Source: a virus. Taken from it: a stretch of 64,000 nucleotides of DNA. Both the position numbers and the translations under genes were made by a program. The stretch is taken from positions 1 through 64,000 of IMG/VR virus record IMGVR_UViG_3300031949_000013; one strand, written 5' to 3'. Below the pieces are notes generated by a model that was not told the DNA's origin, made no database searches, and saw nothing but the letters and a program-made list of their open reading frames with translations. This document shows, in pieces, positions 47,047 to 56,437 of the stretch (the stretch's first letter is position 1; each line of letters begins with the position of its first letter).

Positions 47047-47919
47047 CTATACACCTGTGGAGGGTTTCTTCTCCATAACTTCTTGGCCTTCCTTGCACAA
47101 GCCAATGAAAGTACAGAAGCGACACTCCTCCTTGCTGGCCCTCGTTGGAAAAGCTCGCTGAGTCCGCTCGATGGGCTCACCTGCTCGACGGGTCATGCCC
47201 TGCTCAATCCTCGACACCGCTTCCATGACCTCGTCGAGCAACTCGTCCAGCTCGACTCGGGAGAAGTCCACCCAATCCATGCTCTCCGGCGGATCAAAAC
47301 GCCAATAGACAAAGCCTAGCTTGTCAGGGAGAGCCCCGTCATTCCGCATGGAGTAGAGCAAGGCGTACCACTTGAGCTGCCGGGGATCCACGTAGGAAGC
47401 TCGATGCTTCGATCCCTTCCCATCAAGAATCACGAGGTCATGATGCGGCTTGGTGCGTTGGATGATGAAATCGGCTCGGCCTCCGAGACGATGACCCTTC
47501 ACGTCCACGTCGAGCTTAAACTCAGCATCCATTCGAGGTCCGGCTAAGCGATAGAACCGAACGATGCGGATGGCTCTGGCGATGGTGTCCCTGACATCGC
47601 CAAGAAGCTCCTCCTGACTCACATAGTTCGGCTTCTGATCGGCCTTGCTTTTCCACTGGATGACATGACCTCTCTTGACCTTGTCAGCCACGACCTTCTG
47701 GTACGTGTCTTCGATTCGTTTCTCCAGAGTCGCCTGGACGTTCTTCTCTCGCCAGAGGCCCTTCATGTAGAAGTCCTCCATGAGCGTGCCGACGACTGAC
47801 CCATAGAGAGAATTGACGGAGTTGTCGGGTTCCGGGGGTTTCGTCTCTGCGACGTATGAGTGCCAGTACCTCCTAGGGCACTTATGGGTCTTGAAGCCAG
47901 AGTAGGAGAGGTACATCAA
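47047..47919 (-). CDS. PD-(D/E)XK exonuclease (RecB/Cas4/AddB-like)
   Basis: LSYS..CPR, GRADF, ILDGK, QL..Y, CRFCTF..C Fe-S staple pattern. Confidence 0.85.
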   Translation of the reverse strand: MMYLSYSGFKTHKCPRRYWHSYVAETKPPEPDNSVNSLYGSVVGTLMEDFYMKGLWREKNVQATLEKRIEDTYQKVVADKVKRGHVIQWKSKADQKPNYVSQEELLGDVRDTIARAIRIVRFYRLAGPRMDAEFKLDVDVKGHRLGGRADFIIQRTKPHHDLVILDGKGSKHRASYVDPRQLKWYALLYSMRNDGALPDKLGFVYWRFDPPESMDWVDFSRVELDELLDEVMEAVSRIEQGMTRRAGEPIERTQRAFPTRASKEECRFCTFIGLCKEGQEVMEKKPSTGV

Positions 47920-48899
47920 CCCGCCTTCTTCAACCTGGCTGTCTCCAGGTAATGCAGTGCCAGCTCTCGGATTTCTGTGGCGAAGGACAAGTTAGAAAGC
48001 GTGTCCTCGATGGACGCTTCGGGGTCCATCAAGACATCTGCTCGAATCTTCTGGACGAACTGGTCGATGTGCCTGACCTGCTCGTCCTGACGCTCTTTGC
48101 GTTCAATATCGAAGACCTCGGAAGGAGGTAGAACGTCCAGAGGGAAAGGAGTGCAAACGATGCCACTCTTCGTGACTTCGATGATCCCCACCTTCGGTGT
48201 TCGTTCGAGGTTCTCCCGAATCAGAGCACCTCGACTCACAGCCCCTTGATTCAGGAACGTGCGGCCTTCCAGAGAGACAATGCCTTGGTCCCTGTGCCAG
48301 TGCCCGAAAGCCCACAAATCCGGACCATCTGGAAACACGAGATCGGAGTATCGGAAAACAGGCTCTCCGAAGAAGTCCTCGATGCTGGGAGGAGGGTTGG
48401 GTCCAGCCAACGAGTGTACGAGGGCGATTAGGAAGGTGTCACCAGGCTGCTTCCGAATCAACCGTAACTCATTCAGGGTCCGGGTTGGGCTGTACGGTAC
48501 GCCAACAACCCGGACTCGTAAGTCCCCATCCTCAAACACTTGCTCTCGTAAGTGTTGAAAGACCTTTGCAGCGTAAAGAACACCCAGGGGTTGTCTCTCG
48601 ATGGTGTTCAGATTGTTGTAGGCGATATCGTGGTTGCCTTCGACACAATAGGTTGGGCATGGGTATCCAGCTTGGACCTCTGCCGACTGAAACACGATGG
48701 AGTGTGGATTTCGACTGGCGGCCTTGATATGGAAGTAGTCACCGCAATCGAGGACAGCGTTGGCCTCATGCTTCTTGGCCAGCTCTCCGATCTGATGCAA
48801 GTTCCTCCAGATCTCGGTCGGGTAGTCCCCCTTCCAGGAAGAGGGAGATCGATCCGTGACATGAACGTCCGTGCGATGGATAAAGCAAAGTCTAGGCAT
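47916..48899 (-). CDS. sbcD: SbcD/Mre11-like metallophosphoesterase nuclease
   Basis: TDVH, GDYF, GNHD, VH, GHWH; start MPRLCF at 48899. Confidence 0.88.
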   Translation of the reverse strand: MPRLCFIHRTDVHVTDRSPSSWKGDYPTEIWRNLHQIGELAKKHEANAVLDCGDYFHIKAASRNPHSIVFQSAEVQAGYPCPTYCVEGNHDIAYNNLNTIERQPLGVLYAAKVFQHLREQVFEDGDLRVRVVGVPYSPTRTLNELRLIRKQPGDTFLIALVHSLAGPNPPPSIEDFFGEPVFRYSDLVFPDGPDLWAFGHWHRDQGIVSLEGRTFLNQGAVSRGALIRENLERTPKVGIIEVTKSGIVCTPFPLDVLPPSEVFDIERKERQDEQVRHIDQFVQKIRADVLMDPEASIEDTLSNLSFATEIRELALHYLETARLKKAG

Positions 48900-50229
48900 C
48901 CAGATGCAGCGTGTGCCCCTCCGAAAGAGATTGTGAACAGGTCGGGCACAGCCCGAGATCAGACCACTCACCCAGAGCAGTCGCTTCCTGGCCTTCTACT
49001 TCGGTCAGATTTTCTGTGAGCTTGGTCACCACCACCGAAAGCTCTTGATGCTTCTCGGTGAAAGACACCAGCTCTAGCAGACTGTCAATCCCCTGGATAC
49101 CCTCACCCGGCCCTTCCGTCAATTCGACGACCTCTAGTTCCTCCGTGGTGGTCATCAGCATCTCGTACTGATCCGCAAAGAGGGTGAGCTGAAGCAAGGC
49201 ATGAATCTCTTGAAGAGGGATTTCAGAAGGCTCGATGGTCTTCTCGACTTCCTTCCAACCTGAAAAGATGGCCTTGAAGGTGGCGATCTGGACCAGCCAG
49301 TCCTCAATCTGGACCAGTTTCTCCCCCACAACCTCCAAGGCTTCTGTCTCGGGCTCAGGAATCCCTTCCACCGGCTCTAGATCGGTCACAGCGGCCGTTT
49401 TCTCGGCCAGGACGACCTCGTACTCCAGGATCACGTTCAAGCCAGTCTCCATGGCTTGAGCGGGTTCTAGGTCAGGGATAGCGACGGCATCCACCGGCTG
49501 AAGAGCCCGGATCCCATGAGCTAGCTCCTGGAGCTTGGTGTGGAATTGCTCGACCTTAACCTTCTCCCGAACCTTCTCCTGGATGGTGTCGAACACCTCG
49601 CCCACCAACTTGGCCCTAGCGATCGGATCTTCCGAGCCTTTGTACAGGAGAAGACTGATTTGAAGATCCAGAACATCCTTCTCCCGGACCTTGAGTGTCG
49701 AGACAGCCTCTCGGCGATCTCGCTCTACTTCAGTCATAGCAGCGTTGATATCGTCGAGCTTGGCGACATCCGAGAGTACATCAGCAACGACCGTGCCGGA
49801 TTGGTTCAACAGGAAAATGGGATCAAACTGTTCGGCAACCTGGACGAGTTGCTTCCGGTCACCGACCTTGACCAAAGAGAAGTCCTTGGCCAGAAAATCC
49901 GGGAGGCCCCGGTCCACCTTGCTGTAGACCTCCCCGTTGTGCGTATACCTGTTGATCTCGTCGCCCTTCTCCCAGAGGAGATCCATCCCTTCGGTCTGGA
50001 TGTGTACCGAGCACTGGCAGCGACACTTCTTTGTGCCCCGGATACGCCGGGAGCAGTGCTCCCCATGACGAACGAAGTCAGTGCCGAGAGCGTTCGTCAG
50101 AGCGGCCTGGACTGCCCTGACGACCGCACTCTTGCCGATGTTGGATCGACCGACCAACACGGTGAACCCGTCGATCGTGAAGGTGGTCTTCTCTATCGAC
50201 TGGAAGCCCTGGATCTCTACCTCTAACAT
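48892..50229 (-). CDS. SbcC/Rad50 N-terminal half (Walker A, Q-loop, coiled coil, Zn hook)
   Basis: GFQSI, GRSNIGKS, EQFDP, ends shortly after CPTC. Confidence 0.85.
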   Translation of the reverse strand: MLEVEIQGFQSIEKTTFTIDGFTVLVGRSNIGKSAVVRAVQAALTNALGTDFVRHGEHCSRRIRGTKKCRCQCSVHIQTEGMDLLWEKGDEINRYTHNGEVYSKVDRGLPDFLAKDFSLVKVGDRKQLVQVAEQFDPIFLLNQSGTVVADVLSDVAKLDDINAAMTEVERDRREAVSTLKVREKDVLDLQISLLLYKGSEDPIARAKLVGEVFDTIQEKVREKVKVEQFHTKLQELAHGIRALQPVDAVAIPDLEPAQAMETGLNVILEYEVVLAEKTAAVTDLEPVEGIPEPETEALEVVGEKLVQIEDWLVQIATFKAIFSGWKEVEKTIEPSEIPLQEIHALLQLTLFADQYEMLMTTTEELEVVELTEGPGEGIQGIDSLLELVSFTEKHQELSVVVTKLTENLTEVEGQEATALGEWSDLGLCPTCSQSLSEGHTLHLDA

Positions 50230-51431
50230 CAGCCTTCCGAGTGTTCCAGCTCGACTTCCTGCTCGATGGCTTCAACTTCGGCATCACCATCGGGAGAGAA
50301 GTCTGCCATCATGATGTCCTCGTCATCGACATCCTCATCTGGAGGCGCGATTTCCACCTTGAGGGCTTCGAGAAGCTTCTTTCGTAGCTCTTGTGTAGTC
50401 TTCTCATCCTTGGAGAGGAACGTGCGCAGAGCTTCTTTTCCTCGGTAGGTCTGACCGTTCAGCCCGAGGGAAGGCCCGTTCTTCGAAATGAGCTTGTTGT
50501 TGATCCCGCCTTCGATGAGGGAGTGAAGGTCATCGATCCCGAGGCCGAACCGGATGAAGATGTCAGCCGTGTAGCCCTGCTTACCATCGATCTTCGACTT
50601 GATGATCTTCACCTGCGTGTGGTTGCCGTAGGGATAGCTCTTTTCCTTGCCGGTGATCCGATCTTTCTTTTTCCACACGTCGGACCGGATGCGGGTAAAC
50701 CGCAACCGTAAGTATGCGAAGAACTTGAGCGCCTTACCACCCGTGGTGTTATCCTCGCCGCCACCGTAGCCGGTGTTTCCGATGAGGGCACGAGTCTGGT
50801 TGATGAAGACGAGAGCCGTGCCCTGAGGGTTCTCGGAGATCTCTTTCGTGAGCCAAACCACGATGCGAGGAAGGAACTTCGCAAAGGCCCGAGCACGATC
50901 ACCAATCATGCTGGCCTTGTCGATATTCTTCTCCATCTCGTCCTTCGTCACCATGGAGGCCACCGAATCCACAACGATGAGGGATACGCCGGTCATGATG
51001 CCGATGTAGATCATCTTAATGCCCTCTTCGAGGTTGTCGGGCTCGATGACCATGAGCGTCTTGTTGTCGAACTTCACACCGACTTTCTCGGCGTACTCAT
51101 GGTGGAGGGCATGCTCGAAATCGAGGAACATAGCGACCTCGCCACGCTTCTGGACTTCGGCGATGGCTTCGAGGGCCGCCGTTGTCTTCCCAGAGGACTC
51201 TGCCCCGAAGATCTCCGTGACGCGACGCCTGGGATAACCAGGACACACTGGCTTCCCATCGGAGGCAAGACCGCCGCCGATGAGGTCATCGATGACGAAA
51301 GAACCTGACGGAACCGACGGAAGCGCCCCCTTGTGCTTCTCGACCGGCCTCTTCTTCGTACTCTTGAGAATTGCTGCGGCTGCCCTCTGATAGATTGCAG
51401 AACTGGTAGCGGGTTTCTTGGCGGCGGCCAT
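50229..51431 (-). CDS. recA: RecA recombinase
   Basis: EIFGAESSGKTT, DFEHAL, VVDSVA, FINQTR, GGKALKF. Confidence 0.95.
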   Translation of the reverse strand: MAAAKKPATSSAIYQRAAAAILKSTKKRPVEKHKGALPSVPSGSFVIDDLIGGGLASDGKPVCPGYPRRRVTEIFGAESSGKTTAALEAIAEVQKRGEVAMFLDFEHALHHEYAEKVGVKFDNKTLMVIEPDNLEEGIKMIYIGIMTGVSLIVVDSVASMVTKDEMEKNIDKASMIGDRARAFAKFLPRIVVWLTKEISENPQGTALVFINQTRALIGNTGYGGGEDNTTGGKALKFFAYLRLRFTRIRSDVWKKKDRITGKEKSYPYGNHTQVKIIKSKIDGKQGYTADIFIRFGLGIDDLHSLIEGGINNKLISKNGPSLGLNGQTYRGKEALRTFLSKDEKTTQELRKKLLEALKVEIAPPDEDVDDEDIMMADFSPDGDAEVEAIEQEVELEHSEG

Positions 51432-52088
51432 TCAAACCTCCTGTGGAATCTGTGAAAAGCGGAAGAAGCGGGCATTCTCTCGGAATGCTAGACCGGTGAT
51501 GATGGTCTTTCCGGCCTTTGCCCCCTTCGTGAACTTGTGGACCTTGTAGAAAGCATTCCTCTCCGACGGAACCAAGTCTTCTTCTGTCAGCTCGCCCCGG
51601 ATGAACTCCCAAAACCGGGCAGTAAAGCGAGCGATATGGTAGGCGTCGGCTTCGTTGTGGTTGAATCGGCCCTTCAGGATCCCTGTGTCGATTCGAGCCG
51701 CCTCGACCATGTCTCGCTTGTCCATAGATCCCCGCCGGATGGTGGGATCCATCCGAACCAAGCGCTTGACTGTCTGGGGATCAAAGAACACAACATCCTT
51801 CCGATGCGAGTAGACCGCCTCACAGACGTACACGAAGAGGCCGTACAGACCTTCCGAGTAGGACTCACCGAAGGGAGGGGATTCCACCCCAACGGCTTCA
51901 ATCTGCGGATAGGTTTCCAAGAGCTGTGACAGAAGTTCTCGAAGAACAATGTAGCGGGTGACGAAGATAGACTTCGAATCAGTGGCGTGATGACCTTTCA
52001 CCACGACACGATCAGGTCCAGCTACGTCCGAGCGATGGACACACCAGCCGAACCCGGCCAAGGACGGGTCGATGCCGAGCGTGATCAT
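51432..52088 (-). CDS. RuvC-like Holliday junction resolvase
   Basis: Start MITLGIDPSL (52088); VGVE, P..VK, NEADAY. Confidence 0.85.
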   Translation of the reverse strand: MITLGIDPSLAGFGWCVHRSDVAGPDRVVVKGHHATDSKSIFVTRYIVLRELLSQLLETYPQIEAVGVESPPFGESYSEGLYGLFVYVCEAVYSHRKDVVFFDPQTVKRLVRMDPTIRRGSMDKRDMVEAARIDTGILKGRFNHNEADAYHIARFTARFWEFIRGELTEEDLVPSERNAFYKVHKFTKGAKAGKTIITGLAFRENARFFRFSQIPQEV

Positions 52089-52134
52089 TACAGGAAGAGG
52101 GGACCAGAAAGTCCCGGTCCCCTCTCCTTTCTGG

Positions 52135-53028
52135 TCACACCGAGCCGGAGTCGTCGAGAAGGGCGTCCATCTCGCTGGACACTTCTTCACCCTTGTTCCC
52201 GGTAGAGAGCCCCAGCTTGATCTGAAGATCCGCTGTGGACATCTCACGGAACGGGATGAGCTTCTCGTAGTACGTCGCGGCTCGCTCCAGCACACGACGC
52301 ATCAGCTCCGGAGACTTCCGCCAGGTGGCTTTGCCTCCACCCGTGATCTTGAAGTTCTGAAAGTCGGCGTTCTCACACTTCAGAATGAGATCCTGATCAG
52401 CGATGGTGAGATCGTTCGACCGAAGGCCCTTGTTCACAGACCAAATAGACTCGTAGTTCTTCGGCCCGAATCGCCACGGTAAAACGTGCCAGTCGTTCAA
52501 AATGCGATTCTTGTCCAGCTCGTCACCCTTGCGAGGCAGGTTGCCGTCCTTGTCGCACGGGTAGAAGAGAGCGACCGTCGAGAAATAGTTCTTCGGGTCT
52601 CCCATTCCCTTCCACGCGACGTCCGCCTCCGCTCCGTCCAGGCCCAGACGAGAGAGGACGTAGCCCACCCCGTCCTTGTAGTGAGCCACGAACTTGCGGA
52701 ACTTCACCTGGTTGACTTCGAGCTTCTCCACAGGAGTCAGCTCGTCCACCTTCTTGTTCAAGGATGCCGCCTTCTTGGCAATCGCTTCCTTGGCGATCTT
52801 CTCGACGTCCTCGCTCGATAAGGTGGTGCCTGCCTTCTTGGCCACTTGCTTGGCCGTCGTCACTGCGCAGATATCGACAGTGTGGAAGTACACTAAGGCC
52901 ACTCGGTAGCAGCGACCTTTGTCCCCCTTGAACCACTCGGTGCGGTTGGAGGTGCCATACTTCTTGTCCTCATCGGAGTCTACTCCGACGTCGTCCTCGT
53001 ACTGGTCATACACATTGGATTCAGACAT
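52135..53028 (-). CDS. Single-stranded DNA-binding protein (gp32-like, putative)
   Basis: Start MSESN (53028) with SD AGGAAAGG; FK......R, W.F, acidic C-terminus; sits between helicase and RecA genes. Confidence 0.6.
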   Translation of the reverse strand: MSESNVYDQYEDDVGVDSDEDKKYGTSNRTEWFKGDKGRCYRVALVYFHTVDICAVTTAKQVAKKAGTTLSSEDVEKIAKEAIAKKAASLNKKVDELTPVEKLEVNQVKFRKFVAHYKDGVGYVLSRLGLDGAEADVAWKGMGDPKNYFSTVALFYPCDKDGNLPRKGDELDKNRILNDWHVLPWRFGPKNYESIWSVNKGLRSNDLTIADQDLILKCENADFQNFKITGGGKATWRKSPELMRRVLERAATYYEKLIPFREMSTADLQIKLGLSTGNKGEEVSSEMDALLDDSGSV

Positions 53029-53113
53029 GATTGTTGTGCCTTTCCTGCTATTTACAGGACGCCCCAGCCCTACAAATTTGAATATGGGTAGGTCAGAGTC
53101 GTCGAAAGCCCTT

Positions 53114-53974
53114 TTACACCGACTGCGCGTCATCGTCGAATAAATTTGAGAGGTCGTCACCATCGAGAAAACGGTCCAATTCAGGATCCCCGTCCCCCGT
53201 TGTTGTTGGGGTAGGAGCCGTCTCAACGGCAACCGCTTCGTCCACACCGTCGATGAGGTCCGAGAAGTCGTCTACCTCGGGAGCTGTCTTTTGGACTTCC
53301 AGGAGCTTTGCCTCTACGGCTACCTCAGCTTCCGGGGGCGGTGTCTCCTCCTCGGCAGCTATCTCCTCCTCGGCAGCTAAGGGATCCTGACCTGACAGGA
53401 GGATGTCATTCAGCTCCGTCATGCTTCTGTCGATCTCCTCCTCTGAGAGACCGCTGTTGGACGCTCCAGTCGTGCTTCCTCGTGATGTGCCGGACTCGTC
53501 TCCGTAGAACGAACCGGAGTCAATAGCATCACGTATCAGAGCACGCTGAGCCCGGATGTCGCTCATCGTGCTTTTCAGTTCGTTGTACCGATGTCGGACT
53601 GCCTTCTCGACGTAGCCCAGATCGAGAAGCTGGCCTTCGAGTGTCTGGATTTCTGTCAGGCGGTCTCGAAGGATCAGGTTCACTGTGGACTTGCGGTCAT
53701 CAATGTTCGGCTGACGACGCACACGATCGTCCTCAGCTAAGAGCCGGTCGGACTCAATCTGGAAGACTGCCTCCAGGCCATGTCTGACCCGGTCCAAGGT
53801 CTGGCGCTCCTGGAGGATTTCTTGAAGAATCAGACTCACCGTGTTGATGTAGCCACGAGTCAAGGAGATCATCTCGTGAATATGCTTCGGACCTAAAGAC
53901 CAAGCATCCGCCGGCAGCTCCACGGAAAACTTGCCGATCTGGTCGTAAATCTCATCTACCCGCTTAGGTTCCAT
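53114..53974 (-). CDS. Coiled-coil protein with acidic tail (possible recombination mediator)
   Basis: Long helical N-terminal half; position next to SSB and RecA. Confidence 0.5.
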   Translation of the reverse strand: MEPKRVDEIYDQIGKFSVELPADAWSLGPKHIHEMISLTRGYINTVSLILQEILQERQTLDRVRHGLEAVFQIESDRLLAEDDRVRRQPNIDDRKSTVNLILRDRLTEIQTLEGQLLDLGYVEKAVRHRYNELKSTMSDIRAQRALIRDAIDSGSFYGDESGTSRGSTTGASNSGLSEEEIDRSMTELNDILLSGQDPLAAEEEIAAEEETPPPEAEVAVEAKLLEVQKTAPEVDDFSDLIDGVDEAVAVETAPTPTTTGDGDPELDRFLDGDDLSNLFDDDAQSV

Positions 53975-56180
53975 GAGCTACCACTTCCGTCAGGTTGGGT
54001 GTCTCTACACCAGCGAGCTGAGCCGAGATTGTGTCGGCCAGCACCGTGTTACGAGTGACTACCTTGTCGTTCTTCACCGCTGTCAGAATCGCGGATTCCT
54101 CTCCCACGAGCCAGACTCTCTTCCTGGCCCTCGTCACTGCCGTGTAGAGCAGATTCCGCTGGAGCATCCGCCCCTGGGCCTTCACGATGGGCATGAGGAT
54201 GGTATCGAACTCGTTGCCCTGGCTCTTGTGGACGGTCACGGTATAGGCCAGACGTAGCTTCTCCAAAGCGTCACTCTCAGTGAACTCCACGACTCCCTCT
54301 TCACGTCCTTCAGCACCGTAGATACGAACGAGCAAAGTGTCGTCGGGGGTCAAGCGAAGGAACTTGCCAACATCCCCATTGTAGACATTCAGTTCATAGT
54401 CGTTCTTCACGACCATGAGACGGTCCCCTTCACGGAACAGAAGCGAGCCCTTCTTCCACTCAGCCTGGCTCGTGAGCGGATTCAGACGCTCACGGAGAAG
54501 GTCATTCAAGTTGTTGACTCCTACGACGCCATCGTACTTAGGGGACAAGACCTGGAAGTTGGCATCCTTGGCCTTGAGCCTTGAGGCCACCTCGACAATG
54601 AACTGGACAATCTTCTCCTCGTCGCTGCACCGCACGAACTTGAACTCGGTCGCTGTCTTCGGATCCTCCAGGAGAGGCATTTCTCCTTGATTGATCCTAT
54701 GTGAGTTTTGGACGATGGCGCCTTTTGAAGACTGACGAAAAATCTGAGTGAGCTTGACGCTCGGAAGAGCCTGACAAGCCATCAGCTCCCGGATAACGCT
54801 ACCCGGACCCACCGACGGAAGCTGAGCTGAATCTCCCACCAGAACAATGATAGTGTCGTGACTCAAGGCGCTCAGGAGCCGGTAAAATAACTCCTGATCC
54901 ACCATGGAGCACTCGTCCACGATAACAGCATTCGTAGGGTACTGTCGTCCGCCGGACCCATATTCCCATTCGGAACCGTTGTACTTGAGCAGACGATGGA
55001 TGGTTCCCGCTGGTCTTCCGGTCACCGCAGAAAGCCTCTTGGCGGCAATCCCGGTCGGAGCCATCAAGGTGTAGTTCAAACCATTCTTCTCGAACAGGTT
55101 GACGAAGGTTCGAATCACCATCGTCTTGCCCGTCCCGGGTAATCCGGTGAGAACCAGGATCCTCTGCTGGATAAGAATCTCGACGGCCTTCCGTTGAAGC
55201 TCTGACAGTTCGATACCGAAAGTCTGCTCGTATTCGTGCAAAAACTTTGCAGGGTCTACATCGAGACCCGAAGGCATGTGCATCTTAGCAAGAAGCCGGG
55301 CCGCATCCCGCTCGTATTGGTAGAACGTCGGCAAGTAAACCCCCACGTCGGGGTCTACAATGACGGACCGGTGACTCACGAGTTGGTCCACCGCTCTGAT
55401 GCAACAGTCATAGGAGATCTCACCGACTTCCAGATTACGTAGTCTCTCGGGGATGTCTCCCCGTCGAAGAAAGAGGTGTCCGTCGAGAGAAGCTTCCTGG
55501 AGTGCCCAGAGGATGGATCCACAGATTCTCCGAGGGTCATTCAGAGGTATACCCATCGTCACAGTGGCTAAGGTGTCAACCTTCTCGAAAGAGAAGCCTC
55601 GAATCTCCATCAGGCGGTATGGGTTTGAACGGATGATCGAGGAGGCGTCAAGACTGAACTTGGCCAGGATCGCTTGTTGATCAGTCGGGGTGAAGGTGTC
55701 ATTCAGAAGGCTGCTCAAGTCCCGAGCCGAGAGCATTCTCTGCCAGCCCTCTACAGCTCCACGAATACTCTCCGGGGTGAGTCCCTCGAAGGTCTCAGCT
55801 AAGACCTCGCTCGGCTTGTTCGTGAGAACGTTGTAGGTCTCCAGGCCGTACTTCTCAATCAGTCGTCTGGAGACAGTGGGATCCGTGAAGCCTTCAACGC
55901 AGAGCTGTAAGAAAACCTCAATGTCCGAGTGAAACCTAGCCCAAGGCTCCCAGGTCTCGACCTTGAACTGGCGACCGAATTTCTTGTGATTGGTCCATCT
56001 ACCGATCAAACGCAACGGGACGTTGTACCGAAGTTGAATCAGCCCGGGTAAGAGGCCCTTGACTGCCGTGGCCCTGTCATTAAAGACAGAGTCCTCGACT
56101 TCGTGGACGTCAAAGTTGAAGATGAAAAAACCGTCTTTCGAAAAGGCGACCGAGTGGACATAGCCAGATAAGACGGACAT
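53964..56180 (-). CDS. recD2: RecD2-like SF1B helicase
   Basis: NPYRL, TGLPGTGKT, APTGIAAKR, TIHRLL, VDECSM, GDSAQLPSVGPG, TVHKSQGNEF, LLYTAVTRAR. Confidence 0.93.
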   Translation of the reverse strand: MSVLSGYVHSVAFSKDGFFIFNFDVHEVEDSVFNDRATAVKGLLPGLIQLRYNVPLRLIGRWTNHKKFGRQFKVETWEPWARFHSDIEVFLQLCVEGFTDPTVSRRLIEKYGLETYNVLTNKPSEVLAETFEGLTPESIRGAVEGWQRMLSARDLSSLLNDTFTPTDQQAILAKFSLDASSIIRSNPYRLMEIRGFSFEKVDTLATVTMGIPLNDPRRICGSILWALQEASLDGHLFLRRGDIPERLRNLEVGEISYDCCIRAVDQLVSHRSVIVDPDVGVYLPTFYQYERDAARLLAKMHMPSGLDVDPAKFLHEYEQTFGIELSELQRKAVEILIQQRILVLTGLPGTGKTMVIRTFVNLFEKNGLNYTLMAPTGIAAKRLSAVTGRPAGTIHRLLKYNGSEWEYGSGGRQYPTNAVIVDECSMVDQELFYRLLSALSHDTIIVLVGDSAQLPSVGPGSVIRELMACQALPSVKLTQIFRQSSKGAIVQNSHRINQGEMPLLEDPKTATEFKFVRCSDEEKIVQFIVEVASRLKAKDANFQVLSPKYDGVVGVNNLNDLLRERLNPLTSQAEWKKGSLLFREGDRLMVVKNDYELNVYNGDVGKFLRLTPDDTLLVRIYGAEGREEGVVEFTESDALEKLRLAYTVTVHKSQGNEFDTILMPIVKAQGRMLQRNLLYTAVTRARKRVWLVGEESAILTAVKNDKVVTRNTVLADTISAQLAGVETPNLTEVVAHGT

Positions 56181-56437
56181 CAGGGAAATCCTCGCCAGGT
56201 AGCAAGAGACAGCATCGCTTCATGGGTTGTACCCTCAGTCTCCAAAGCACTGCTGTAGACCACTTGAAGTGCGGTCACGATAAAACTACTGGCGAGACTG
56301 CCACGGATACAGTAATCCAACACCTCCAAAATCTCGATAGCCCAGGGAGGGTCTGACCACTTCTCAATAAGAGGCTTCAGCGACACATCGAGTTGCGTCG
56401 TAGAGGACCCCAAGAGAAGATCACGGAGTTCGTTCAT
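56180..56437 (-). CDS. Hypothetical protein
   Basis: 85-aa ORF coupled by overlaps on both sides. Confidence 0.55.
   Translation of the reverse strand: MNELRDLLLGSSTTQLDVSLKPLIEKWSDPPWAIEILEVLDYCIRGSLASSFIVTALQVVYSSALETEGTTHEAMLSLATWRGFP

Noticed and set aside
47047-47919. Cas4-like nuclease as evidence of CRISPR-Cas
   Set aside because: Stand-alone PD-(D/E)XK nuclease in a recombination cluster; no array or other cas genes.
51432-52295. Extended 5' ends in the ORF track (51432..52295, 52135..53247, 47916..48971, 14345..14857, 2968..3471, 46763..47125, 57210..58124)
   Set aside because: The extensions overlap upstream genes; downstream ATGs match domain starts and operon spacing.
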